Below, in pieces: positions 21,405 to 32,700 of a stretch of DNA of 60,777 nt (its first letter is position 1; each line of letters begins with the position of its first letter). A program made the position numbers and the translations under genes. Under the pieces are notes generated by a model. The model was not told the origin of the DNA, searched no databases, and saw only the letters and a program-made list of their open reading frames with translations. Location of the stretch: positions 1 through 60,777 of the IMG/VR virus record IMGVR_UViG_3300036768_000354; one strand, 5' to 3'. The stretch is from a virus. Its lineage: Duplodnaviria; Caudoviricetes.

Positions 21405-24299
21405 ATGGCAGACCAAAATCAATCTAATAAGAGAGGCATGAATACGGTAGCAGACGATATCGACATGTCTCCACATTTAACTGAATTAGAGCGCATTGGT
21501 GCGAGAGCCAGAAGACTAGGTATCAACAGAAGTCAACTAGAAGATCGCATTAGATCTGAAGGTAAGATGTTGAATGACTTATTACAGCAAGGTCGTGCAA
21601 ATCCCATTATCACCGAAGGTCCTTTCTACAGTGAGCAAGTATCTTCTTTAAGACAAAACATTAAAGATTTAAGAACTAGAATGAACTCTATGAATTCTGC
21701 TGCTACAACTAAAGCAGAGTCTGAAGCATCCACTTATTTAAGTAAACAGTTTAGTTCTCAAGCAATTAATTCTCAAGTATCTGTAATGCAAAGAGAGTCG
21801 ATGACTCAAAATAGAGCATTCAGTTTGTCTGGTCAAACATACGATCAGTTAGAGCAACAAAGACAAGAAATCTTAGGTAATATTCGTCTTCGTGAAAGAA
21901 ATGTATTAAATGAAGTTAAAGGGATGTATGACAAAGGGGGCCATGTTAATCCTGAAAAATCTGCCGCATTAGGTGTTATGTTTGGTGGAGCTCAAAGTGA
22001 GATGCAACAACTTGCAACTATCAATGCAGCTCAAGCTATACAAAGACAATTAGGTAGAGATCCTAACTCTCAATTGAGACGTTTAAATGTTACTGGTGAG
22101 AAAGCAGATAATATATTAAGCTCTGAATCAATCGCTAGAGAGCTTGCAACTGGTGCAGTAAGCATTAGCTCTGGCGGTAAGCAACAAACTATACAAAACC
22201 AAGATATAGATAAAGAGATAGTTAATCAAGCTAGATTACTAAAAGAAGCTTTAGAAGGTTTAGCAAAAACATCTGCCGATGCTACTGAAGATTTAGAAAA
22301 ATTCAGAAAGCAAGCTGACGAAGCTACTGATAATTTTGAAAAATTAGAGAGAGCACGAGCTGCTGGCGGTGGCGAAAGTAGATTTAATTCGACAATAAGT
22401 ACACTAAATAGTGTTGGTGCTGGATTCAACATTGCTGGACAAGCAATGCAGAGCTTATTGATCGATCAAAGATTTGGTCAAGTTAACAACACTGCTGGTT
22501 TTGCTGGCATTGCAAACTCTCAATACGATTTATATAAAAAAGCAAGATCTGGCGATATTGCTTCTCAAATAGCTTTAGGTCAAACTGGCGAAGCTGAAAA
22601 CTTTGCTACAGAGATGAATAGAGCTACAAATATAGTCAAAGGAGCTTATGCTGTTGGATCTACAGCTCAAACTGGAGTTGGAGTTCTTAGTACTATAGAA
22701 GCTCTAGAACAGAAAGCGAATCCTTTAGCTTATGCTGCTGGTACATCGACACAAAATACTAAAGCTTTACAAGAAGGTATTTTAAATACTGCTCAAGGTG
22801 CTGCAGGCTTAGCAGTTCTCGGTGGAGACTCTCTAAAACAGATTAGTGCAAATCAAAATACTATCGCTGGATACAATGCACAGATGCAAGCTCGAATGGC
22901 TATTAATGCAGTAGGTGCAGAACAAGCTCAAGGTTTGCGTGATATGTATGTTGGTCTTGGAGTTGCTGGACAAAGTCTTGGATCTAGAGCATCTGACTTT
23001 ATTGATGCCGCTTCAACTGATGATACATTAAATAGAATGATTGATGCTAGAATATCACCTGAGCAATTCAACAAGATGGCTCAATTTGGTGCAGCTGAGA
23101 TGGGATCTACTTTCAATATAGATCAAATCTTTGCTTCAAGAAACCTTGAAAGAGGTAGCTTCGGTAGTATGCAGCAAAACATGAGCAGAATGGCAACATT
23201 AGCTAGTGTAGGATCGAATAATCCTCAAGCTGGATTGCAATCTGTTTTAGAAGCCGCATTCACTAAAGGTTTAGATAGTTCAAAAGCTATCGACATGATG
23301 GTTCAAAATACAGCAGCTATGGTTCAACAATCTGGAACTAGTATGGCTGCTGGAATTGATACAACTAGTGCAGTGTCTACTATGCTTGCAGGTAATGTTG
23401 ATGCCAGTATTGCAAATAAAGAGTTTGCTATACAAAGAGCTGCTGCAGCGCAAGATGTAATGAATCAAGTAACTACAGACACTTCTGTTAGTTTTACAGG
23501 TATGGTTAATACAGCTAGAATTAGTGAAGCAACTGGCTTAGCTGGTGATGATGCACTATTCGCTGCAAAATTAACTCCTGCAGATATTAAAGCGCTTCAA
23601 CAACAAGATCCAAATAAAGCTAGACAATCTCTATTAAATAGAGGCGTTAATGTCAAAGGTGATGTTGGTGGGTTCTTATCTAAGATGGCTCAAGCCCAAA
23701 CTGCTCAAATGTTCACTGGTTCTGGTGCATTAGCTTTTGGAAGCAATGAAGAGCGAGAAGCTTTACTTAGTGCAGCTAGATCTGGAAAATCTTTTGACTC
23801 TTTAACTGCAGATCAACAAGCTTTATTAGGTAAGATAGGCGGAACTCAAAACTTAACTGGTAAAGAATACTTTAATGCCGCTGCAGGTATAACTAATGCA
23901 AGCAATGCTCCAACAAATGCTAAAGATGTTATGTCAGGTAAAGGTCCTGAGACTTCTTTCACTAAGGCAGATGATTTAAGAACTTCAGGGTTTAAGCAGT
24001 TGAGTGAAGCAACTAAATCAGCTTCTGAGGGATTAGGTGGATTTACTAAAGCAATAGATACTTTCATGAATTTACAAAAATCTCTTGAAAAAGATGGTGT
24101 GAAGAAGGAAGGCGAGTTTAGAGACGCAGGCGCAAAGATGGCCGAAGACTTTAAGATCAATGTAGTTAATCCTTTTGGAGAACATGTTAAGGCGTTTGGT
24201 GGTTTTATTAAAGATGCTAAAGAACTTAGAAGCAATAGAATACCAATAGTTCCTAAAACTGCAACTGATTTATTAGATAAGATTAGAGGTTCTAATTAA
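21405..24299 (+). CDS. Tape measure protein
   Basis: 964 aa, Ala/Gln/Gly-rich helical composition; canonical position. Confidence 0.8.
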   Translation: MADQNQSNKRGMNTVADDIDMSPHLTELERIGARARRLGINRSQLEDRIRSEGKMLNDLLQQGRANPIITEGPFYSEQVSSLRQNIKDLRTRMNSMNSAATTKAESEASTYLSKQFSSQAINSQVSVMQRESMTQNRAFSLSGQTYDQLEQQRQEILGNIRLRERNVLNEVKGMYDKGGHVNPEKSAALGVMFGGAQSEMQQLATINAAQAIQRQLGRDPNSQLRRLNVTGEKADNILSSESIARELATGAVSISSGGKQQTIQNQDIDKEIVNQARLLKEALEGLAKTSADATEDLEKFRKQADEATDNFEKLERARAAGGGESRFNSTISTLNSVGAGFNIAGQAMQSLLIDQRFGQVNNTAGFAGIANSQYDLYKKARSGDIASQIALGQTGEAENFATEMNRATNIVKGAYAVGSTAQTGVGVLSTIEALEQKANPLAYAAGTSTQNTKALQEGILNTAQGAAGLAVLGGDSLKQISANQNTIAGYNAQMQARMAINAVGAEQAQGLRDMYVGLGVAGQSLGSRASDFIDAASTDDTLNRMIDARISPEQFNKMAQFGAAEMGSTFNIDQIFASRNLERGSFGSMQQNMSRMATLASVGSNNPQAGLQSVLEAAFTKGLDSSKAIDMMVQNTAAMVQQSGTSMAAGIDTTSAVSTMLAGNVDASIANKEFAIQRAAAAQDVMNQVTTDTSVSFTGMVNTARISEATGLAGDDALFAAKLTPADIKALQQQDPNKARQSLLNRGVNVKGDVGGFLSKMAQAQTAQMFTGSGALAFGSNEEREALLSAARSGKSFDSLTADQQALLGKIGGTQNLTGKEYFNAAAGITNASNAPTNAKDVMSGKGPETSFTKADDLRTSGFKQLSEATKSASEGLGGFTKAIDTFMNLQKSLEKDGVKKEGEFRDAGAKMAEDFKINVVNPFGEHVKAFGGFIKDAKELRSNRIPIVPKTATDLLDKIRGSN

Positions 24300-26068
24300 T
24301 GAGCAATTATAAGATTAAAACACCACATGCTGCTGTTTTAGTTTGGAATTATGTCGATAGAGTCGGCGTTCCAAGTGATAATACTTATAATGCTACTGGA
24401 GTTTCAAAAGCAAATGGAGTTACATTAGACTCAACAGAAAAAGAGAGCTTACCTGTAATTATTAGTACACTATCTTGTGTTTCTATAGGAATAAGCAAGG
24501 CTAAAGGTTCTCCAGACGGTTCTTTCAATCTCATTCTAGCTCCTTATAAAAATTGGGTATCAACATTAACTGCAGGTAGTTGGTGTGCAATATTAATGTC
24601 TAATGAACCTATCACAGAACAAGATATTAGAAAAGCTAATAAAAAGCATTTAAAGATGATAGGGAGGATTGAGACTGTTAGATGTGAAACTACCACTAAT
24701 CAAGATGGTTCTAGAAGCACTCTATATTATGTTTCCGGAGTTGATTGGGGGCATGTTTTTAATTCTATACTTTATATAGATAATTTAATAGCTGGACCTA
24801 AAGATCCAGTTAATCAAGGTAATTCTGCAGCAGTAGCTATCAGAAAGATGTTGTTCGGTAACGATGGATCTGTTAAGAGCTTTGCAGTTAAGCAAAACTT
24901 AGCTAATATTCTTGGAGTTATGGGAACAAATCTTCATGGCTTCACCGAGAATGAAACTTTAATCAATAGGTTAGCAAAATCTATTTATGAATTTAAAATA
25001 CCAGATGAGATGGCAAAATACCTAAATTTAAGAGATTCTCAAGGTGAACCTACATCTGATAAGAGTATTAGTAAAGTTGTTTCATTAGTTACTGGACCAC
25101 TTAAAGCTTTAGATACTTATGATCCAAATGTAGTTGAAGCAGAAGGATTCATTGATCCTTTCTCTTTACAGGGTAGCCACTCTCTTTGGCAAGTTCTTTT
25201 AGAGAATAGTAATCCAGCAATGAACGAAATGTTCTGCGACATGGATTTTGCAAAAGATGGTGGATTACAACTAAAGATATATAACAGAATTAAACCTTTC
25301 TTATATAGACCATTAGATGCGACAGTTGGCTCCTCATTGGAGATAGCTTCTTACTTCAAGAACATTAAGTATCATAAGATAGATACAGTTGATGTTATTT
25401 CGGTTAATGCAGGGACTAATTGGCGAGATAAGTTTAATTTTATTGAGATTAAACCTCAATTTCAAGAGTTTAATATAGTTGCTAACTGGACAAAGCGAAA
25501 ATCTCAAAGATTTGATGAGCAAGCTTTCAATAGAGAAGGTTTTAGACCTCTAATATTAGATACTAAACAATTCCCTATAAAACCTGGCAGTAAACCAAAA
25601 GAATATAATATAGATTGGGACCAATTAGAGAAGTGGACTATTCTTTTAAGAGAATGGTACTTTGGCACTCATAGAATGTTGAACGGCACACTTGTGATGC
25701 ATGGAAGCACAGAGTATATTGGTGTCGGTAATAACATAATGTTTGAATCAAAACTAATTAATCCTACTCAAAATATAAGTAAAGCCAACAGAGCTAATAA
25801 GAACACAACTTGGATACTAGCTCATGTGGAATCAGTTTCTCATAGTTTTGGCGTTAGTGAAGATGGAGCTAGAACATATAGAACTACAATAAATTTTGTA
25901 AGAGGTATCTTAGTTGACGATAATAGAAATATTATCGGCGAAGGTATGTTAGATCAGCTTTCTACTGATTTAACTCAACCTCAGGATAGGAATAGGTTGA
26001 ATATTATTGCGGAGTCTGACACGTTAGACCCAGATCCTCAAAAAGTGAAGGGCGACAATGTTAAGTAA
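24299..26068 (+). CDS. Putative baseplate hub protein
   Basis: Follows tape measure; hub-like motifs (GSFNLIL, GRIETV, G-x-DWG, VESVSHSF). Confidence 0.65.
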   Translation: MSNYKIKTPHAAVLVWNYVDRVGVPSDNTYNATGVSKANGVTLDSTEKESLPVIISTLSCVSIGISKAKGSPDGSFNLILAPYKNWVSTLTAGSWCAILMSNEPITEQDIRKANKKHLKMIGRIETVRCETTTNQDGSRSTLYYVSGVDWGHVFNSILYIDNLIAGPKDPVNQGNSAAVAIRKMLFGNDGSVKSFAVKQNLANILGVMGTNLHGFTENETLINRLAKSIYEFKIPDEMAKYLNLRDSQGEPTSDKSISKVVSLVTGPLKALDTYDPNVVEAEGFIDPFSLQGSHSLWQVLLENSNPAMNEMFCDMDFAKDGGLQLKIYNRIKPFLYRPLDATVGSSLEIASYFKNIKYHKIDTVDVISVNAGTNWRDKFNFIEIKPQFQEFNIVANWTKRKSQRFDEQAFNREGFRPLILDTKQFPIKPGSKPKEYNIDWDQLEKWTILLREWYFGTHRMLNGTLVMHGSTEYIGVGNNIMFESKLINPTQNISKANRANKNTTWILAHVESVSHSFGVSEDGARTYRTTINFVRGILVDDNRNIIGEGMLDQLSTDLTQPQDRNRLNIIAESDTLDPDPQKVKGDNVK

Positions 26069-27068
26069 TCCTTTTAAAATAATTAAAGATAGTTCTATTT
26101 GGCAGAATTCAAATGCCTTTAGTGCATACAATGCAAAAGATTCTTTTATACGAATCGGGATCGTGAAACAGGTTTATAGAGAGAAGCGATCTACAGATAT
26201 TAAGTATCTTGTTGAGATACAGGATAGAAATGATTCTATAGAAGTTAGTGCAGTCATGATGAGACGTTTTGGTGGTGTTTTTAACTACGAAGATGTCGTA
26301 TACCATGGCTATAAATTTGATGATAAACCAGATACAGTTAGAGCTTTTGATGCAAAAGCTGGTGACTCTGTTCTAGTAGCCTTTCTTAATGGTGAAAGTA
26401 GAGAGGCCGTTATTTTAGGTGGCTTAAAACATACGGCAAGAAAATCAACAATAGATATTACAAAAGGCCCTCAGTATGCTTCAGAGTTTAATGGAGTCGA
26501 AACAACGATTAATCAAGATGGCGAGTACAAACTCACATTTAAGGCTATTCCAACAAACATCAAGAAGTTGGATGACAAGCCAAACAAGACTCTTTCAAGT
26601 CCAACCTACGACGACAAGATCGGTGGTTCCTTCTTTCAATTCGATAAGACAGGAAGCATTGAGATGAATGATAAAGACAAGCAAGGTGTTCAGAATTTAA
26701 GAATAGATAAACCGAAAGGCACTATACAGATAAATTCTGGCAAGATAAGTCTTACATTAACTAAAAAAGATGAGAAGGTTGAGCTTAAGTGTAAGGTTTT
26801 AAATATCACTTCTGATGATAAGATAAACCTTAAGACAAAAGAATATAAACTTGAAGCTGAAAAATCTGTAAAGATAAATTCACCTAAAATTGCAATCGGT
26901 AAAGATGGCGTTGAGTTATTAGACCAGTTATTTCAATTAGTTGAAAAATTAGGTAAAGTAACGCCAATATCTCCAGTTGGACCATGTACATCATTGATGG
27001 CAACCCCTCAATGGAGTCAAGTGCAACAGGTTCAATCTAAGATAAAGGAAATAACTGGTGGTCTCTAA
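26058..27068 (+). CDS. Putative baseplate spike (gpV/gp5-like)
   Basis: OB-fold-like GDSVLVAFLNG...AVILGG, beta-repeat region, C-terminal SPVGP. Confidence 0.7.
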   Translation: MLSNPFKIIKDSSIWQNSNAFSAYNAKDSFIRIGIVKQVYREKRSTDIKYLVEIQDRNDSIEVSAVMMRRFGGVFNYEDVVYHGYKFDDKPDTVRAFDAKAGDSVLVAFLNGESREAVILGGLKHTARKSTIDITKGPQYASEFNGVETTINQDGEYKLTFKAIPTNIKKLDDKPNKTLSSPTYDDKIGGSFFQFDKTGSIEMNDKDKQGVQNLRIDKPKGTIQINSGKISLTLTKKDEKVELKCKVLNITSDDKINLKTKEYKLEAEKSVKINSPKIAIGKDGVELLDQLFQLVEKLGKVTPISPVGPCTSLMATPQWSQVQQVQSKIKEITGGL

Positions 27069-27092
27069 CTAAGATCGCTATATAATTAGCCT

Positions 27093-28070
27093 ATGGTTAG
27101 TATCAACGACTTAAAAAACATTTTCAATAGACCAAAGCCAACTGCTACCAGTGGAGCATCCAATGGTGGAAATAATGGCGTTAGTATGGAAGGCTTTTTA
27201 TCTTCTGGGGATGGAAGCTATAATGTTGATTCTCAGAATTGGTACTCTGCTAAGCCGTACGGCTTTAGAGTTCATTTTAGAGATAAACAGTCGCTTGTGA
27301 TGTTTTTACCTATAAGTCCAAGTAACCTAACGATTAACACAAACTTTGCGACTAACATTATTCCTACTTTATATGGAACTATCGAAGAGCACTCAGCTGT
27401 AAGATATTTTGATATATCAATTGAAGGTACAACTGGTATGGCACCTCAACACGTTTCACCTTCTCAGTTAGTTGGATCTAACTCTATAAATACCTCTTCA
27501 GCTTATAAAGAAACTATAAAAAATGGTAGAGAGACTTTTGCAGTCGCTAATTCTTTCTCTGCTGGTGGCTTCTTTCAAAAGACACTCTCTATAGTGAACC
27601 AAATAACTCAAAAAGCTACAGATTTAATTAATGGTGCCCCAAAGGCTAAAGCAGGAATTAATTCTAAGAATAGCGGATATGCTGCTTTTCACAACCTATA
27701 CAGAGTTCTATTGAAGTATAAGCAAGACACTTCGGGTATTTCTGGTTCGCAAGATAGAGATAGACATCCTTTAACTTTCTTTAATTATAAAGATAACAAT
27801 GAGTATGACGTAGTTATTAAAAGCTTTACTATGAGACGTTCAGCTGATAATCCTATGCTTTACTATTACTCAATACAATTAAGAGCTTACAACTTAAGAA
27901 GTATTGGTAGCAATCAAAGCATAAGTTCTGAATATAAGAAGAGATTAGCTAACCTTGGTTTAAATGGTGTAGATTCTTCTTCTGCTTTAGGCGACATGAA
28001 GAGTTTCGCTAACTCTGCTAAATCAATTTTAGGTGCCGCTGCTGGCGGAATTAACATACTGGGTAGATAA
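27093..28070 (+). CDS. Putative baseplate / tube-initiator protein
   Basis: LPISPSNLTI...TLYGTIEEH...ISIEGTTG; FTMRRSADNPMLYYYSI. Confidence 0.55.
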   Translation: MVSINDLKNIFNRPKPTATSGASNGGNNGVSMEGFLSSGDGSYNVDSQNWYSAKPYGFRVHFRDKQSLVMFLPISPSNLTINTNFATNIIPTLYGTIEEHSAVRYFDISIEGTTGMAPQHVSPSQLVGSNSINTSSAYKETIKNGRETFAVANSFSAGGFFQKTLSIVNQITQKATDLINGAPKAKAGINSKNSGYAAFHNLYRVLLKYKQDTSGISGSQDRDRHPLTFFNYKDNNEYDVVIKSFTMRRSADNPMLYYYSIQLRAYNLRSIGSNQSISSEYKKRLANLGLNGVDSSSALGDMKSFANSAKSILGAAAGGINILGR

Positions 28071-29677
28071 TGGCTGCAACGTTAACTGGAGTATATAAAA
28101 GCATAGCTGATATGAATCTGTGGTTCAAATTGAGAACAGGTGACGATATGTTCTTAGCAGACGTACCATCTATTATTCCTTTGAGATGGCCATATTTTAA
28201 GCAATTTTGGGAGTTCATTAAGCCAGGACTTGTAGATGATGTTAACAAGAACAATCAAAACCCGGACTTCTTAAATCAACAGATTAGAGATTTTTCTAAA
28301 TTTATAGAGGCCCAAAGAACGACTGGTGGGAACATAAATCCATTTCAAGATTCTCAGACATTCTATAGATTTCATGCGATATTTGAATCACTTAAAATAC
28401 AGGATATTAACTTAACTAATGAAGAGTCTAGATTATTAGATTCTGAGATAGCTAGAGTTCAAGCGTTTTCTAAAAACAACTTTATTCAAATTAAGAAGAA
28501 CATAATTGATTATAGAGATAGAACAACTGATGTTTACGGTTTGAGCGATATTGATTACAATAAAGCTTTCGGTAAGAGTTCTATTCCACCACAAATTAAT
28601 GCAACTATAGTTGAAGCAAACTACTTACTTACACTACAATCAGCTATAAAGGCATGTGATTTTATTTTAGCTAACCTATTTGCTGTAGATGCAACCTTAG
28701 ATCCTTTTGCCCTTGCAAGAGCTAACGCAAACAATCCTGCAATAGATATCGGACAATATAAGTCTGGTAAATTAGTTAAATTAAACTATGGTGAAAGTTT
28801 AGAATCTTTAGCTAATAGGTACCTAGGAAGTCCGGATAAATGGATTGATATTGCTATAGCAAACGGTCTAAAACCTCCATATATTGACGAGGTTGGTGAG
28901 AGAATTCCACTACTATCAAACGGATCCAGTAATCAAATAAACTTATCTGAGACTGATTTAAGCGGTAATTTGAACATAGATAAGCTATATATTAATCAGC
29001 AGGTTTTCTTACAAAGCTCGGTAGAGGTTGTAATTGATCAAAGAACAATAATTAGTATTAGACAAGTCCCTGTTTCTGGCGAAATCATCATTGAATTAGA
29101 TGGTGCAAGGGATCTAAGTAAGTATAAGGTAACTGATGGAGCGAATATAAGAGTATTTGCTCCAAATACCATAAATAGTTCATTTTACGTGCTAATTCCA
29201 TCTCAAACGCCCCTGTCTGATGATAGAAATGATGAGGTTCCTTGGTTTTTAGCTAAGAGTGCAGAAGATGAGAAAAGAGCTAAAGTAGACTTAGCTTTAG
29301 GTGAAGATGGTGACTTAGTTTTTACATCTAATGGCGATGTTAAATTAAGCTACGGTCTAGATAATGCTATTCAGGCTATTAAGTTAAAGATTATCACAGA
29401 ATTAGGTTCTTTAAGATATCATCCAAATTACGGCCTAATAAATGTAGTTGGTAATAAAAATAGCGACATAGAGCAAATAAAAACATTAATAACTGAGTCA
29501 ATTGTCTCCCAAATTGAGGCCGACAGCAGGTATGACCGTGTTGAGAATTTAACAGTAGATTACTTGGTTGATAGTAGGACAAATGAGGGAGTGGCTGCAA
29601 TAGCTATTAGTTTAGCAGTAAGGTTGGCCGGAGGAACTCAAGTTATTCCTATAAGCTTTACGGTTAATAACTCATAG
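28070..29677 (+). CDS. Baseplate wedge protein with LysM-like and gp25/gpW-like domains
   Basis: GESLESLANRYLG-x3-KWIDIAIANGL; GLDNAIQAIKLKIITELGSLRYHPNYG. Confidence 0.75.
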   Translation: MAATLTGVYKSIADMNLWFKLRTGDDMFLADVPSIIPLRWPYFKQFWEFIKPGLVDDVNKNNQNPDFLNQQIRDFSKFIEAQRTTGGNINPFQDSQTFYRFHAIFESLKIQDINLTNEESRLLDSEIARVQAFSKNNFIQIKKNIIDYRDRTTDVYGLSDIDYNKAFGKSSIPPQINATIVEANYLLTLQSAIKACDFILANLFAVDATLDPFALARANANNPAIDIGQYKSGKLVKLNYGESLESLANRYLGSPDKWIDIAIANGLKPPYIDEVGERIPLLSNGSSNQINLSETDLSGNLNIDKLYINQQVFLQSSVEVVIDQRTIISIRQVPVSGEIIIELDGARDLSKYKVTDGANIRVFAPNTINSSFYVLIPSQTPLSDDRNDEVPWFLAKSAEDEKRAKVDLALGEDGDLVFTSNGDVKLSYGLDNAIQAIKLKIITELGSLRYHPNYGLINVVGNKNSDIEQIKTLITESIVSQIEADSRYDRVENLTVDYLVDSRTNEGVAAIAISLAVRLAGGTQVIPISFTVNNS

Positions 29678-29716
29678 CTTCACTAACATCATAGTACAAT
29701 ATAGTACGGGTGAGCA

Positions 29717-32700
29717 ATGAGCATACAAATTAGAAGTTTTAATCAAATTCTAGGTGACATGATTAGAAAGATCGTTTCTGAGACATCTCTTAACGATCTT
29801 AACGCTGGTTCAGTTTTATTGACTTTATTAGAAGCAGCTGCTGCTAATGACTTTGAGAACAATACAGCTATTCTTAACGTGTTAGAGCTACTTAACATAG
29901 ATGTTATCAAGAACAATGATCTTGATGCAAAAGCCGGTGACTTTGGCTTATCACGTAGAGCTGCAATTAAAGCATCTGGTTTAGTTAATATATACAACAC
30001 AAACATCACAAAACGTTCCACAGGGCTTTATGTAATCAAACCAGCACCTATAGCTGGCCAAACTAAGATTTACGTAAATAACACAACTGGTTGGTCTATA
30101 ACTGGTAATTTATATATTGGACGTGGTACTCAGAATTTTGAGGGTCCAATTGCTTATACAAACATCACTGTTTACCCTACATACTCTGAAATCACATTAG
30201 CATCAGCTTTACAAAAAGATCACTTGATTTCAGATATCGTAATCGATTCTCAAGGTGAGCCAGATAGAGTTATTGCAGCAGGAACAATCGTTAAGATACC
30301 TGCCAATAATCAAAACCCAGAGATACAATACTCTACACTTAGAGATGCTATTATTCCTGCAGGCGAAGACTCTGTTATTGGTGTTGAAGTTATAGCATTA
30401 GTTGCTGGAACTTTAGGTAACGCTGGTATTAACACTATCACTGACTTTGATGTTCCTCCATTTACTGGGGCCTCTATCTCAAATACTTCTGCATTCTCTA
30501 ATGGTAAAGATATTGAGACAGATGTTGAGTTAAGAAACAGACTTAAATCTTATGCTATCACTTTAGCACGTGGAACAGCTCCAAGTATCATTGAATCTGT
30601 GATCGGTGTATCTGATCCAGATGATAGTAATCAAGTTGCTTCTGCAGTTATTACTGAGCCAGTTAAAGTTGGTGACCCTTCAATCATGTACATCGATGAT
30701 GGTAGTGGTTTTCAACCGTCTTATGCTGGTCAATCTGTCGACACATTACTTAATTCTGCTGAAGGAAGTGAAGAGTTCTTACAGTTAGCTAACTTCCCAG
30801 TACCTAGACCTCAGGTCGTTAACGTACAAGAAGGTCCTTTTACACTTAAAGATGGTATGTTTTTAAGAGTGATCGTAGATGGAGAAGAAGAGACAATTTA
30901 CTTTGACTCCACTCAATTTTTAAATATCTCAGCTGCAACACTTGCAGAGGTTGTTATCGCCATAAACGATAGTTCAACTTTATTTAAGGCTAGATTTACT
31001 GAAAATTCTTCTGGTATTCTTTTATATCCAGTTGCTCACGATGCTGAGATCATCCAAGTTTCTCCTTTAAGAGAGACCGATGACTCTACGTTCTATGCAA
31101 ACTCTTTGTTCAAGTTCCCAACAGATCAGTTTAGCTATATCGCTTTATATCAAAATAGCACAAGACTTAGAGAAAAAGCTAAGAGTGCTGAATTAACTAC
31201 AACCCCATTTGCACAGTGGAATGTTAACACAACTAGTAATATAGTTATTGAGGTTGATGGAACACCATCACAAGATAGATCATTTGCTTTAAGTGATTTC
31301 CCTGGAGCTTCATCTTTTACTTCTTTAAGTTTAGAGAATTGGGTTACTGCTTTTAACTCTAAATTTGCCGGCCTTACTGCAGAGTCTACGCCTAGTCAAA
31401 CAATGATTATTAAATCAAATAAGACTGGACAAGATTCTTCTATTGTTGTAAGTGGCGGAACTTTATTAAATAAATGGTTTCCTAATTTAGATACTCAGTC
31501 TCAAGGACGAACAGCTCAGTTTGAATTAAATAGACAGACTGGTAATTTAAGAATTTTAAACACAATTCAACCTGGCGATAAAATTACTGCGGGTGTTGAA
31601 GATGCTAAGGGATTTGTTATCTCTACGTCTACATCTAACGGTACATATAATTTATCCAACGACTCTTTTGGTAGACCTGCTGAGATGGTTATAGTAATTG
31701 ATTCAAGTTATTGTAATCAACGACCTGTACCATTATTAGTTGGAGGGACTATTTCTATTAGTAATCCTGCTGGATCTACTATGAGAATCATGGCTTCAAC
31801 TTTAGATACATTCTCATCTTTAAAACCAGGTGATTTTATCTATATAGCTCCAAAAACATCTGGCTGGGTTAACTCAGCAAATGCTGGACTATTTAAGATT
31901 AAAGCTAAAGGTCAACACACCATTGTCGGCACAAATAGTTTTATAGATGTTGATAATGTTAATGTTGTTGTTGAGTCTGGCATTTCAATCTCTGATTCTT
32001 TAGATATTAAAGCTTTTGAAACAAACGGTTATCCTCAAGTTTGGAGAGGATCATACTTAACTAATCCTCCTGCAGAACCTATTAACGGTGTATTATCTTC
32101 GCTTAATAAAGATTTAGCCGGTGTGGTTGCTACTATATATAAATCAAATTCAATTAAGATTACTTCTAGTACAGAGAATGGTGGAAGCATTGCTATCCCA
32201 GTTTCTTCTAGTAACTGTTCTATAGTTTTTGCAGAAACAGAAAGCGCTCAATTTGGCAACCCTTCTCATATAGCAACTAGAACATCAGACAAATCTCTAG
32301 TTAGTATGTTTAAAAGAACTGAACCTACCAGTGCTAACGTGTTCTTAGGTCGTTCTGTTTATTCAGATGTGAAAGCAAATATATCTTCTGCATCAACACC
32401 TGATACACCGCCTTTCACTGGAACTTATAGTGAACAAGTTACTGCAACTGGACAATTAACTCCAGCAAATGTTAACTATGATGATTATTTATCGTTCACT
32501 AGAGGGAATAATAAGGGTCAATTTAGAACTGTTAAAGCAGAAATTGCCGGAGATACAGTTGGTACACAGCAAGGTCGTGCTAGAACAGAATTAGATCACG
32601 CTGTTGGAGATGAATTAGAGTTAGTTAGACCTGTATCAATTTCATCTGATGACAGTATCGTTGTTGTTATGGATAAAGACGCAACTATTAAAACAGTTGA